Source: Monocercomonoides exilis PA203
Taxonomy: Eukaryota > Protista > Preaxostyla
Reading direction: 5' to 3'
NCBI GenBank assembly: GCA_001643675.2
Contig: LSRY02000007.1
Span: forward strand, 310,001-374,000
DNA length: 64,000 nucleotides
Both the position numbers and the translations under genes were made by a program. Positions 49,379 through 62,500 of this stretch are shown one piece after another (within the stretch, counting starts at the first letter, position 1; each line of letters begins with the position of its first letter). The notes under the pieces were generated by a model, which made no database searches, had not been told where the DNA came from, and worked only from the letters and a program-made list of their open reading frames with translations.

Positions 49379-50387
49379 AAGGAAGGAGGGGAGGGGAGGA
49401 AAGAGAAGGGAAGAGAAAGAGAAGGAGAAAGAGAGTGAAAAAAACAAAGTCAAAACAATCTTTAATAATTTGAAAGAATGTTAGCTGATTGTTCTTTGTT
49501 CGCTGTTATTTTGCTGCCATTTTGAATGATCTGCTTGTAACGATATAATTTGAATAGTTAGTAATTAATATGAAATTTGTATTAACTTAAGCATTAAATG
49601 GCACTTTCATTGAAACTTTGCAATCAAACCTAAAAGCTCAAACATACTTTTGAAACTAGCAAAAGCACTTTGGCATCCGCTGGAGCAATCTTTTCAGTTA
49701 TTTTGTATCAATTTCATTATTTTCAGTTATTTTATTGCAGAACTATATCCAAATTTGTTGTGTCATTCCTTTTTTCTTTGGCCTTCTTTTTTTTGACTTT
49801 ATTTTTGAGCTCTTCTGTTATATTTGTTTTTAAAGCATCGTTTATAATTTTTTCTTTTCTTCTAATTCTTTATTCATCTGTCCGATTTTCTTTAATCTTC
49901 GACAATAGTGTTGCAAGTATTTTATTTATTAATGACTGTATTTTTGTTTTTGCAGATTCATTTGTTTTGGAGTTAAGCGTACATGCCACACTTTATTCTC
50001 ATTTGAATCATCTAACAGCTTTACAATATTTTTTCTTGTCGAATATTCATTTGTCTTCTGAATTTTTTAATTTTTAATGTTGCTTTGTAATTTCATTAAT
50101 CTTTCTCTTCTGTGTTAATCTTCAAAAGATTCTTTGTTAATGTTCTCAATCTATCCTCTTTTTCTCTTGTATTTAATTTTTTTCCATGAAAAGTGTAAAT
50201 GTTTTTAGTTTGTTTAACGAGTGCATCCTTTCTTGTTTCTTTTTCAACTGACCATTTCAAGAAGAAAAATAATGTTTTTGCAAATTCAATTTTTTTGAAA
50301 AAAAAACTTCAAAAGAAATTACAAGATTAAAATAATTAATTCTTCACAAAAGCTGAATGCATTTGAATTCAATGAGAGTATTTATTC

Positions 50388-53029
50388 TTATTTTTTCTTC
50401 AGCACATCCATCAAAAAGTCAAAGAATGATGTGATTGAGGTGACAGAAGGATTCGACAAATCAGTCCCGAGCATCTCGAAATGTGAGTGGAATGTGTAGA
50501 TGAAGTGGAGAATGTTCTTTGCTGGCTGCGATGTTGGCGCGGCAGGTGCTGCCTGGCGAGACGCAGACACAGAAAGTGGGAGGAGGCACACAGGAGTGGC
50601 GAGAGAGGAGAGAATGGACATGACATGTGAATAGAATGAGAGCGAAAAGGGAGGCTCGACACACTCCAGAAGTGTCTCCAGATAGCACGCAGCAACACCA
50701 TCCATCTCTTGCACATTCACCAAAGAGAAGCTCTCCTTCATCTTCTGCTTCTCCATCGCAGACGTCGAGAACGCCGACTTGTTCCTCGACGAGTACGAAA
50801 AGGCCAGCAACGACGACAGCCCTGCTGGCTGCTGCGACATGTACACAGGAATCGACGCAAGCCAAGCGCTTTTCTGTGAATCTTCTCTGTGAAAGATCTC
50901 CTCCATCAGCTCCATCCCTTCGACAGCACAGCCATTCATCATCACATACACAACTGTTTCTATTGCATTCCTCACTCGCGCTGATGGCTGTTTCAGAACT
51001 TGTCTTATTTTGTACGAGGTATTAGATGATGGTGAGGAGGAGGAAGAGGATGGATCTGTTGTAGATAATGAAGATGACGATGACGAAGACGATGATGAAG
51101 AAGACGAAGATAAACCTGCTCCTTTCACACTTTGTTCTTTCAGCCTTTCCTTCTCATCTTCTGTCCAGATGTTGAAGAGGAGGCAATGCAATGATGCTCT
51201 GAGCATGGCAAGTGCATACAGACGTTGAGTGGGATGTCTTGCAGCGATGAGTGAAATGATACCCAGCAGCCCATCCCAATCAACAGACTGGTCAAGCCAA
51301 AGGCGAAAATACGACGGTGGAGTCTGCAGCGAAGAGGCAGGAAGACGGAAGAAGCGAATGGGTGAAGTGGGGTGTGGGCTGAAAAAGCACAGAGACGAAG
51401 GAAACGGCGAGGCAGCGGCAGAAGAAGAGGCGAAAGTGGACTGTGAATTCAGATAAGAAGTAGATGCAGAGTTACTTCCTGAATCGCTGAACAGCAGAAA
51501 AGCGATCCATTGGAGCAAACAGGCAGAGGCAGTAGATGACTCCATGGCGTGTGTCATGACTGCGTGTTTTCCTGTTGTTGAGAGGGCATTCATAATGTTC
51601 GTGCCTCGTGAGTGCTTCAGCACAAACTCATACACTGCCTCAATGTGGCACGCTTCCTCTTCAACTTGGCTGATGGTTATATCTTGGCATTCTTTTGCTT
51701 CTCCTTTTGCTTCTCCTTTTTCTTCAATGTCCATCTTGTTTTCATCTTTGGCACGAGTCCCAAGTGTACAATATGCAATAAGGAAAAACGGAGATCGTGC
51801 TTCAATTTTGCCTTCGTTTGTTTTGGGTTTAATTCCTTTCATGTCAATTTCTGTATTGCGCTCATTCGATATCTTTTCATTAAGATTCCCACTTTTTTCG
51901 CTGCTGCCTTCTGATTTACGTGTGCCTTCATCAGAAAATGCAGCAAGTGAAATCGGTTTGGTGCTGGAGGAAAATAAATCATTGACAAGAAGTTCGAATA
52001 TTCCGAGTTTGTGGAACAGAGAAGGAGGTGGAATGAGTTTTTCTGTCTTTTCGGGTGCTGCTGCAGCTGTGGTATTTTGAAGTGAAGCTGAAGAATATGA
52101 AGCGAAGAAGGAAGGTAGAGATTGTTCTGAAGTGAGTTTTCCTGTTTGTGCATCGTTTTCTGTTTCTCCATTCAACTTATCACGGATAAGAGAAGCAATC
52201 TGGTGGATTTCTTTAGCCCTGGGTACTCCTGATTTTAAAATCGAGAGCACTGGATCAACAAAGTCTTTGAACTTTCCAATTCCAGAAAGCAACACATTGA
52301 AAGCGATTCTGCTACTCTGCACGCCTGTTTCTTTTGATAATTTCTCATCTGTCGTTAGATGAGAATCAATTGTATGATAAATAACTGCTGTTGCAGGAAG
52401 CAATTGCTCGTACTTCTCTGTGAGCATGGAAAGAAACGTCAAACAGAAAAGATATGTCGCCTCTGAGAAGCACCATAAAGATAAATTTCTTGAATCAATG
52501 AGATCATTTAAATTTGCCTTTGTAGAAGAAGTTATTGCAGAAGAAATTACACTCACTGTTTGCAATATAGTTGAAACCAATAATTCTATGCGAGGTTGAG
52601 TCTGTATGTCTGATGTTTTTGAAGTAAATTGAAGAATTGTACTTGCGAATTCTCCAACTGAAGCTAATTCTGGAGATACATCCGTATGTAACGCAGATAT
52701 CTTTTTAAGAAGAGTTTCATAACGAGGATTTGTTGCCAATTCTAAGAAAAATGGAGGAAGTTCCTTTAAAAAGGAAAATTAAATATTTAAAGAAAAAAAC
52801 AAAATATTTGAGAAAAAAGTTTCCGAATGAGTACCTGATTAGAAGCTATTCCAGCAAGTTTTGAAGCATCAAAGGACTTTTCTAAATCTTGCAGAAAAAA
52901 GGATTCCAAAAGATCTTTAACTTCTAAATCAGTTGTTCCAATTCCCTTGAACCACATAAACACTTGAGAAAGATCTTCGTTCGTTGCATCTCCTGTATGT
53001 TCAATTTCATCTGATTCGATCATTGTCAT
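50388..53029 (-). CDS. NELFCD: Negative elongation factor C/D (TH1) homologue, 2 exons, ~856 aa
   Basis: Intron 52834-52764. Collinear motifs recognisable against animal TH1: LEKSFDASK..ELPPFF, CFSEATYLFCLTFLSML, FELLVNDLF, FLIAY, ACLLQWI, IAARHP, VYVMMNG, YLETLLECVEPPFSLSF. Confidence 0.75.
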
Positions 53030-53431
53030 TAATTCGTCGAATTCACAAAGAAATATTCGACTTTAAAAAAATTCTGATCTCTTCCACAAGTAGTTTTGCT
53101 CAATCAGGAAAACTTTATCCAAAAAAAAAAAGGTGCTTTATTCTTTTTATAAAAATACGCTAATTTTTATCGCCATTCAAAACGAAAAAAATGATGAACA
53201 GAGATAATTGACATGACAAAGTCATTTCCATGAAAATTTATAAAAAAACATATCGAAACAACATAAATACAAATAAAAATAAATAATAAAGATTTTATAA
53301 GCCTCATTCAACTTATACATCAAAAAAGAATGATCATAAATTACTTCAAAAATATTGAAAGTAATTTCAAACAACTGAAAAAATAAAAAAATAAGCATAA
53401 AGGTATCTGTAGCTAACCACAAATAATACGC

Positions 53432-54406
53432 TTATCCAACCATTTTGGGTATTATGTGCCTCAATAAGTTTATTAAACTGTCAGATGACTTATGTCCCAC
53501 TTCCACAATCTCTTCATGGCAAGGATGTGCATCAGCTTCAGCAATGTCTGTCATTATGCTGAATGCCAGGCACTTCATTCCGCAATGTCTCGCAACAATA
53601 ACTTCTGGAACTGTTGACATTCCTACGCAATCTGCGCCAATCACTCTCATCATATGGATTTCAGCACCTGTTTCGAACGAAGGTCCAGAGTAGGCAAAAT
53701 ATACTCCTTCCCGAAGTTTTAATCCAAGCTCTTCACCCTTCTTTTTTGCCAACTCACGAAGAGAAGCATCATAACAATTCGACATATCAGGGAATCGAGT
53801 TGAAAATGGGGGAAAAAGATCGACGTTTGGGCCAATCAATGGATTTGTCCCCATGAAATTTAGATGATCTGTCAAAACAACAATATCACCCAGTGTCCAA
53901 GTCTTTTGCAAACATCCTGCAGCATTTGTCAAAATTAATGTTTTCACTCCAAGCATTGCCAACACTCTGATTGGATACGTTGCTCTCTGCATAGTATGAC
54001 CTTCATAAAAATGAAATCTCCCCTTCAAGCATATTGTTGGAACTCCCGAAACATATCCGCAGATAAGTTCTCCAGAATGGCCAGGAACGGTGCAAGTTGG
54101 AAAGTGTGGAATTTCAGAATACGGGATGATAATTGGTTTTGGGCTTGCATCTAAATGATCCCCCATTTCATTTGATCCTGTTCCAAGTTGCATCCCTAAG
54201 CATTTCATTGAAAATATTAATTTCAGATGTGAACAAACACTCAAACATACCAACAATTGGAGAAAAGTCACCAACTTTTTCCCGAATATATTTTGCTGTC
54301 TCCTGAATTTGTTCAACTGTTGGAACTATTTAAAAATTGCAAGCAAATGATTATAGAATTAACTTTAAAATATAAAAGTTTAAATTCTCTTACTTTCAGT
54401 GCACAT
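53432..54406 (-). CDS. PNP: Purine nucleoside phosphorylase (trimeric PNP-I type), 3 exons, 283 aa
   Basis: Exons 54406-54394, 54325-54251, 54195-53432. Motifs LGTG, YSEIPHFP, VPGHSG, GRFHFYEG, LTNAAG, DHLN, GPSFETGAE, VGMSTVPEV, HEE. Confidence 0.93.
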
Positions 54407-56545
54407 GTTTTGTGTTATGATCTAATTCCATTTTTTACAGCTGATAATCAGAAAGATGATTTAAGAATTGTCTTCATTATATGAATACTTCAAAAATTTT
54501 GTGAAAGTAGTTAAACTTAACAAAACAACTTCAGGTATCCTCAAAATTGAAGAGATCCCATAAGCCACTTCATTCATATTTTAAAGATGTTGTTCAATGC
54601 CTCTTCTTTTTGTTTTCCATTTGCATAATTTTTTGCTTCGACTGGGGCTATCATTATCAATTAATAGATTAAATAAAAAATGAAAGTGTGTTTATTTCTA
54701 ACTGTTTTGTAATCAGTATGAATCAAAGACAGAATTCCATTGTATTTCTTTTTTTCAGAATGTCTTTGCTGAGAAAAATAGATGCGTAAACTCTATCTTG
54801 TTTGAAACTGCAAATGAAGAGGAAATTTTTGAATTTCGCACAAACTTCAGACTCTCTTCAATGTTTTGATGTATCCTCATAACCAACCGCTACACAATTG
54901 GGCTGTACCACTTCCTTTGCATGGTTATCGTGTTTTATAAAACATAATGTGTAAATGAAAATGAGATTATGGATTTCTTTTGAAAGTATTTATCTTCAGC
55001 TCATTCATTGCCTTCGTTCATTCAGTTTCTGTGAAGCTCATTCTCGTGTGATAATATAAATTTACCAATAACAATAATATCATCAAAAGAAAATGTTCAT
55101 TATGAAATTATGTAAAGGTGGAAAAAAGGAATAAACAGATTTAATTGAATGAAGAACTCAGAATGAGTTTTGTTTCACATAAATGCATCCCTTTGAGTAG
55201 AAAAATAACTTTCCACTACATACGGGTGCAGTAATCAAATGATGTCGGTTTATATAATCATAATTCTTCATCAAAAAATTGAAGCTCAAATGAAAACAAC
55301 CGTTTTCAATGATCATTACGAACATACTCTCAATTTCATTTTTTTTCCCCTGTGTTTGTGGCTCCTATCCTTTCAAAAGATTGTTTTGGAAAATACGCGC
55401 TCTTGTCTTCACGTCCATTGTTGTTGTGACAATGTCATTAATTTATGATGGTGTTGAATGTGAAAACGAAGGAAATTGACAACTTGCCCTTGATGTTTGT
55501 TATTTTTCGGTTGGTTCAGAAATAATATATTGTTTATATTTTTTCTTCGCAAACTGAAGCGTTGATCATTCATTTAATTCTGTTCATGTTCTTCCTGATG
55601 AAAGTTAAGTCATGTTTTATGCTTTGAGTTGATTCTGAAGAATTTATCACCTTCCAATTAATTTTATTTATACAATTTTTATAAATTGGTTTATGAAGAG
55701 TATTTCTATTGAACACCGAAACGTTATGCTTAATATTGTGCATTTCTTTAATAATTGCAATGTTCAAAAATTATCAAACATATGTGTAGTTTTCTTTTGA
55801 ATATTGATCAATATGACCCATTTTTCTTGTTTTCAGTCACATTGGGTTTTGATGAAATTAATTCGGAAACAAATGTATATAAATGCTTTAAAAAGAAATG
55901 AGAAATGTTGCAGCTGAATTAAAAAGTACATTCGCAGCGAAATAGTCAATGCCCATATTATTATTTTTTTATAACCCTTTTGAAAGTTCGGTTTTTTTGA
56001 AGTTTGAAAAGATATATAAAGTTGTTTGAAAGCAATAAATCGAAAATAAAGAGGGATAAACAAAATGATGAAGTGAAATTTATCGTTAATTGAACTAATA
56101 ACAAAAAAAATGTTGAAAAAAGAAAAACACCAAATTACTTGTCTTGAAGAATTTTACACATTCAACAAAGTGAACTAAAATCGTTAATAATTAAGTTACA
56201 TTTAAGTGAAATTAAAACTATGAATTGAATAAACTCTAAAAATGCATTTTGAGAATTTCGTTAAAATTGAAAAAAAAACTACTCTAAATAATTGAATACT
56301 TTCAAAATGAAAAAGGAAAATGAACTCTACCGAAAGCTAAAAAATTAAAATATTCAAACACATATGAAAATTTTTTTAAAAAAATTCCATCTTAAACAAA
56401 AAAAAATAAAAACTTTAGAATTCATGAAGTTCTAAAAGACAAAAAGATAAAATAATGAAGGAAAACTAAAGTTAGGAAGAATAAATCTGTTATTAGAAAT
56501 AGAGAAATGCTATATTCAATGAAACACAAATTATTACATTGCTTT

Positions 56546-59500
56546 CTAGTCCTCGAAGAATGGGTCTTGCATATCTGATGGAATGTCAATTGATTTTGTG
56601 GTTGTGCCATAGTCATAAATTGTATACGTAAGCGTCTTGTTATCAGCCCTTTTCGTTGTAACACAAATAAACTCTGAGTTAATCGAACTTAGCAAGCTCT
56701 GTTTTTCTCTGCGTTCGGCAGACGTCATTTTTTTCTTTCTTTTCCTTCGTAGTAATATTAATAGTATTGCGATTCCAACGCAAACAATTGCAGCTGTCGC
56801 AACAACTGAGACAATTGTTGCAATTAAGTCTATTTTTTCTGGCTCTTTTCCTTCTGTCAAGCACAACGGAATTGTCATCGCATCTGCTTTTAATGCGTGT
56901 TCGTCTGAAAACTTCAGCGCAACATAAACATTTGCTCCGCTTCGCTGTTCAACAGCATCCTTCGGAAAATATGCAGAAATCGCCTTTTCGTGGTTGCTTG
57001 TCAGCTCAGTGCTCGATGAAATCTCGATTAACTCTTTTGTTGCTTTGCCTCCATTTGTCTGATTAATCAGCAACACCATCGCAAGATAGCAGTTCAAAAG
57101 ATATTTCCCTGTTATCGTCACTACAAATCCTTCACCATTTCTGACTTTTGACACATTCTCAGGCAGAGGCGTAAACAGACTCGATATCACAGCACCTGGA
57201 AATCCAAGAAGAGAACAGTCATTACTTTCAATCCAGAAGTTGTCTGGCATTTCTTCATCACTTTTAACTTCATGCTGGCCATAATGATTAAGTTGTCTGT
57301 TTTCTCCTCTTTGAACGTCAAATTCAGAATTAGCAGAACTTCCATCGCTGCTTACAAGCTCAATAACACCTTTCCCTTCTTTCTTTGATCCCTTTCTGTG
57401 GCAAATGATGTTGTGTGCAACACTCGGAAATTCAGTCAATCCGGCTGAATTCTCTTTCAGCGATGCGACATCAATCAACAAATAGCTGTTTTCTGCATAA
57501 ATTGCACCAGCAAGCCTTGTTCTGAATGTTGTGTTTCGCACATACGCTGTACAGTCGCAAAAGCTTATGAAAGAACAATTCCATTGACATACAGCATATT
57601 CAGTGCGTTCCTGCGCTTCTTCTGCTGAAGAAGGAGCATTCATGAATAAAAAGTTGCATCCTCGTATTTCTACACAGCTGCGTCCATTCGCAGTTAAAAA
57701 GAGGCTATTTCCAGGCATCTGTGAACTGAGTGAGATGTTTGTGGAAATGAATTGCAGAGGAATATGAAGTGGGGTTGATGAGTCAGCAGCACTTTGTGAA
57801 GTGTTTGGTGAAAGAGAAGAAGAAGAATTAGCCTGAGGAATTTGGTTCAAATTTGAGGAAGATTTTGATAAAGAAAAAGAAGAGGATTCAAAAATGTGTT
57901 GGTTTTCATTGTTTGCACTGATGTTCTGTCCTTTTATAGAAAACGCTATCAGAGAGTTTCGTTCAGGTACTGTTATGTTGCTCAAAATGCAAAGATTCAG
58001 CCGCACATTCACTTTGCTTTCATCATCCAGCTCGGAACAGTCAATGAAAAAGGAGTAGCTTCCAAACAAAACTTTATCTATGCTCATCAAAGAACACAAG
58101 AGAGTTCCAGTCTGTATTTTAAACACAGTTGGCATGGTTGCCCATTCATTGACTGATGAGATGTGGCAGTTCTCAACAGAAAAGTTGCTCTCATCGTTGA
58201 TGAAAAAAAGGCAATTCACAGGCAAGTCACTGCCTATCTTCACTTTGGTGTTGCAAAGCATGCACATTCCTTTGATTGTAACATGAAAATTTATCTTATC
58301 GCAGTCTTTTCTCGTCTCATCCAATTGTTTTATTGTTTCTTTTTCGCTCGCTTCCTGTTTGCTGCTTTCGAGTAACAGACAGGCATCGTCTGTGTCTCCA
58401 TCAACTAAAAGCGAATTCCACGTTACAAAATTATAAACAGCCGGCATGCCAATAATGTGAAGAGTGAACTGTTTGCCATCATTTTCTTCTCGGCTGGCTC
58501 GTAAATTCGGAGCAAATGATAAGAGGTGTAAAGATTTATGTTGTTCTATCTGTTTTGTTGTAAATGGAACAGAAATCAGATGAGTTATTGCATAATTAAC
58601 TGTGTGGCATGGACTATCTTCCTTTCCACAATAAAAGATATCCCATCCGACTGCTTGATTTACCACTCTGCCCTTTGCATACATTGAAAAATCATCTGGT
58701 GAGAGTGAAGAAGAAGGCAAAGAAGAGGAAGAAATATGTTTGTTTTGACACTTCTTTGTCGAATCTTCCAATCCGCTAACAAAAATTTCAGTATTTCTGT
58801 ATGTTATAAATTCCAGATAATCAACGATTTTTCCATCTTCGATACTTTCTGCTGCGATAGAGTTTTGTTCAACCCAAAATGAATGCTGAAAGTTGATTCC
58901 AAATTTCTTTGATTCTTCTGCGTTTGTAAAGCTTGGACATCGAAAGAAGATGTCAAGCCCTTTATCCGCCTGGTTCTTGAACATTGAAACTTCCTGAAAT
59001 ATAAAAGGAAATGCCTGCGAATGAAATTCCAAATAGATTGCTCCTCCTTTTGTTTTATCGAAATAAACATCTGAGTCTATTTTATTATTGCTGAATGTGC
59101 AATTTTTGAACAAAAGCTCTGAACTCTTTTCTTCTTCCTTATCATCTTCAGCAGCTACTGAAGAAACAGTTTTATCTCGATTTTTCCCGCTCCAATAAAT
59201 GCAACCACCGCAAAACTCATAATCATCTGTGCAAGAGAACGAAGTGAATGAAGAGTTACAAATTTCCAGTTTCTGTTGCGCACTTCCTTTACATTGTAAA
59301 ATGCGCCCCGTTGGCAAATTCTCTGCTCCATTTTCCACGAATCCTTTGGAATCCGTTAAATTATTGCTGATTAATCTTGAGAAATTTGAGATCAAGATGT
59401 TTTTTATGTCACTCCTGTCCTTGCTTGTTGATTCTGAACTCATATGTCCAAAAATGCATATCAAATCCACTTTATTTCTCACATTTTCGATTATCAAATT

Positions 59501-62500
59501 ATTTAAATGAAGAAGATTTGTTTCGAGAGAAAGACTGAATAAATGATCCGAAAATATAGAATTCTCCCCTTTAATAATCACATCAGAAATCATTAAACCT
59601 CCGTTAATAACGTTAAAGAGTTTATAGTTTATAGACTCTTCTTCTTTCATTGGAGAGAATGAGATCGTCACTTTCTTCCACAAAGTTACTCCTTTTGTAA
59701 TTGTAACAGCATTCTCTGTCCTATTTGTCATTGCGCACAATACAAAATCTATTTTCGTGAATGAGACGCTGCCATTTAAATTGATCACTTCTTTCCAATT
59801 ATCGCTGTATTTCATGTTCACCTCGACTTTCCCAATAATTCCCACCTTACTCGTGGAAGTGATAATCCCTTCATTCAAAGAAATAGGCTGTGTGAGTAAT
59901 GCCAGGTCGATAACAATCAGTTTGTTTGGTGACTGAAGATGAGTCCAGCCGTAAGTCAAAGATCGGCAAGGGAGATCATACGTTCCACAACGAGTGAAAT
60001 CTGTTCCGCGCGAAGATGAGACATAAATTTCTATGTTATAATAAATTTGTAGTAATTCTGCTATGCTCATCCCGTTTTTATAATTCAACTCATCAAAGCA
60101 GCCGATTTGTGTTGCGTCAATTGATTGATCAACAAAGCTGAATATTGCTTGGAAGTTGATATCCAGTAAAGACTTTGAAAGCAATATCATGTCGCAATAC
60201 TTTTTGGCAACGTTATTACTAAACAATAAATTGTCAAAAATGACTGGTGAACCTGGAAAAATTTTGCATTTCAATGCACCTGCAAAGTTAACGGCTGTGC
60301 ACGATTTGAAAGAGCAGTTTGTGACTACAAGTCCGGAATGCTCCTGAAAAGAAACTGACATAAAGCCACCAGAATCTGATTGAGAAGTAATTAAGCTTGC
60401 CGTTACATTCCTTAATGTTATCGATCTTGGATTGAGGTAAGTTGAAGAGATAAAGACTGAAAAATCTAAATATGTACTGATATTTTGAAAAACACTGTTA
60501 ATAACACTAATGGTCGGAGAAGTGTACTTTTCAACAATAGAGCTCACTGTTCCTCTTGGAATATTAGAAAAATCGCAATCAGTAATTAAGAGAGACGAAT
60601 CTTTTGTCAAATGAAAAATATAGAAGCCTCTATCTTCCTCGAAAATATCAGGTTTTCTATTTGAACCTTCACTTTCTTGAAGGTTGTGTAATACGTTCCT
60701 TTCTTCATCGTACTTAAAAGTTACATGATCCATCGTAATTGACGAAGGGCCATGGACTTCTGAAGAGTAAAAGATTGAACGATATGAGTTTGATTTCTCT
60801 TTTGCATATAAAATAGTTAGATTTCTTATTGAAAATGAACTATTTGTTACATGAAATAAAGAATCGATATAAATAATATTATTTTGCACGTGGAGAACCA
60901 TCGTCCCTCCTCCGTTTCCACAAACCTCCAATTCCATGAATTTAATTGTACACATTGAAGTTACAAAAGTTGTTGCATCAGAAGAAATCAATAATTTTAC
61001 ACTCTCGTTTGGTGAAATATGCTCCAGAGCTTGATTGATTGTTTGGCATGGAATCTGCGCTGTCGAACCGCATGCAACTCTAAATTGAGCTGAGGAATCC
61101 AAGACAATAGCTCTTTGGGCAACTTCAAATGATTTTAGAAGACGAAGATTCTTATCTGGCTCGCTGAGTTTCTTCTGAACAACGGAATTATCATTATGTT
61201 TTGACGTTTTGCACAACGAGAAGAACTTTAATCCATCATCATAATCGGATTCACTCTCAATATAAACATCACTTCCAAAATCATCTGCACCATTAATAGA
61301 AAAATAACTCGCATGCACACAACAAGGATTTTCTCCAACAAATTGTCTATTTGCCTCCAATAAATGCGTATCTGCAATGACGAAATATAATGCTCCTCCG
61401 CATCTGGACCTGCAATCAGAAAAGACGCACTCAGATATAAATGCATTCTCAACAGCATCCTTCAAATAAATTCCACCTCCCATTCCAAGTGAAGCACAGC
61501 TCAAAAAGGTACTTTGTATACAAAGAAATTCAATTTCATCGATGTTAATCTTTGACTTTTCATTTATCTTTGATTGTTTCCCAAATATTTCGCTTCCAGA
61601 CGAATTTAAACTTTCAATGTTAGTAAACTTAAGAATCTTTTGATGATCGTGAAAGCAACTTCTACAAAAGTTAGATTTTCTTTGATGCGCCTCAAAAGTT
61701 TTATGTTCGTAAATAACGCATGCATCACTAAATGATAAGCAATTCTGAAAAAAACATTGCTTGATTACTGGCTGTTGTGAGCTTATCACATGAACAGTTC
61801 CTGCCGATGGACTAGAGTCATGGTCTTTTTTGCTTTTGCAATGTTGGAACAATGTGTTTTCGAATGTTGCTGCGATATTCCCTTCAGCGTATATTGCACT
61901 TCCTGATGAAATGTCGCTTGTAATATCTTTCATCCAGCACCATTTTACAGAAAGGGTTATAAAGTCATGAACTTGTGCCTTGACAAATATGCATTGTCCA
62001 GGTTCTTCTCCCTTTAAATTATCCCACTCGCATGATTCAAAAGAAAAGTCTTTATCATTTGAAGTATCCAGTTCAACTCTTTCGAGAGTTTCATTTGCAT
62101 AGAGCTTGTTTGACCATCGCGAGCATGAAATATGCGATGAATTATAGTTGCCCAAAGAAAATACTCCAATTGAAATCGAAGGAATGATCACCCCATCATA
62201 CACTCCGCACGTATGGTCGAACAAACAACTATCAATTGTTGAACTGCAAGAACTTAAATGAGAAGCCAATTTATGATCCTTCTCGTTTGGCTTTGCACTG
62301 ATATTGAAAAAAGTAGAACTATGAAGCTCCAATATCGATCCAATTGTTGACAAATCAAAAAATGTTGAAGATATCAAAACATGGGAAAAGGATGAAGATG
62401 ATATTAAAGCAGAAACGGATGAATTCGAAGTGGGAAAATTGCTTTTCGTTGATATGAATGAATCAATTTCTATACATTCCATTTGTGAGGCAAGTGATAT

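Noticed and set aside
46018-49453. 1038-aa and 342-aa antisense S/F/L-rich ORFs
   Set aside because: Mirror of the purine-only E/K/R repeat, which rarely produces antisense stop codons.
49500-50270. Lys-rich minus-strand coding-like remnant and the 135-aa plus-strand hydrophobic ORF
   Set aside because: Multiple stops, no recognisable motif, explainable by composition.
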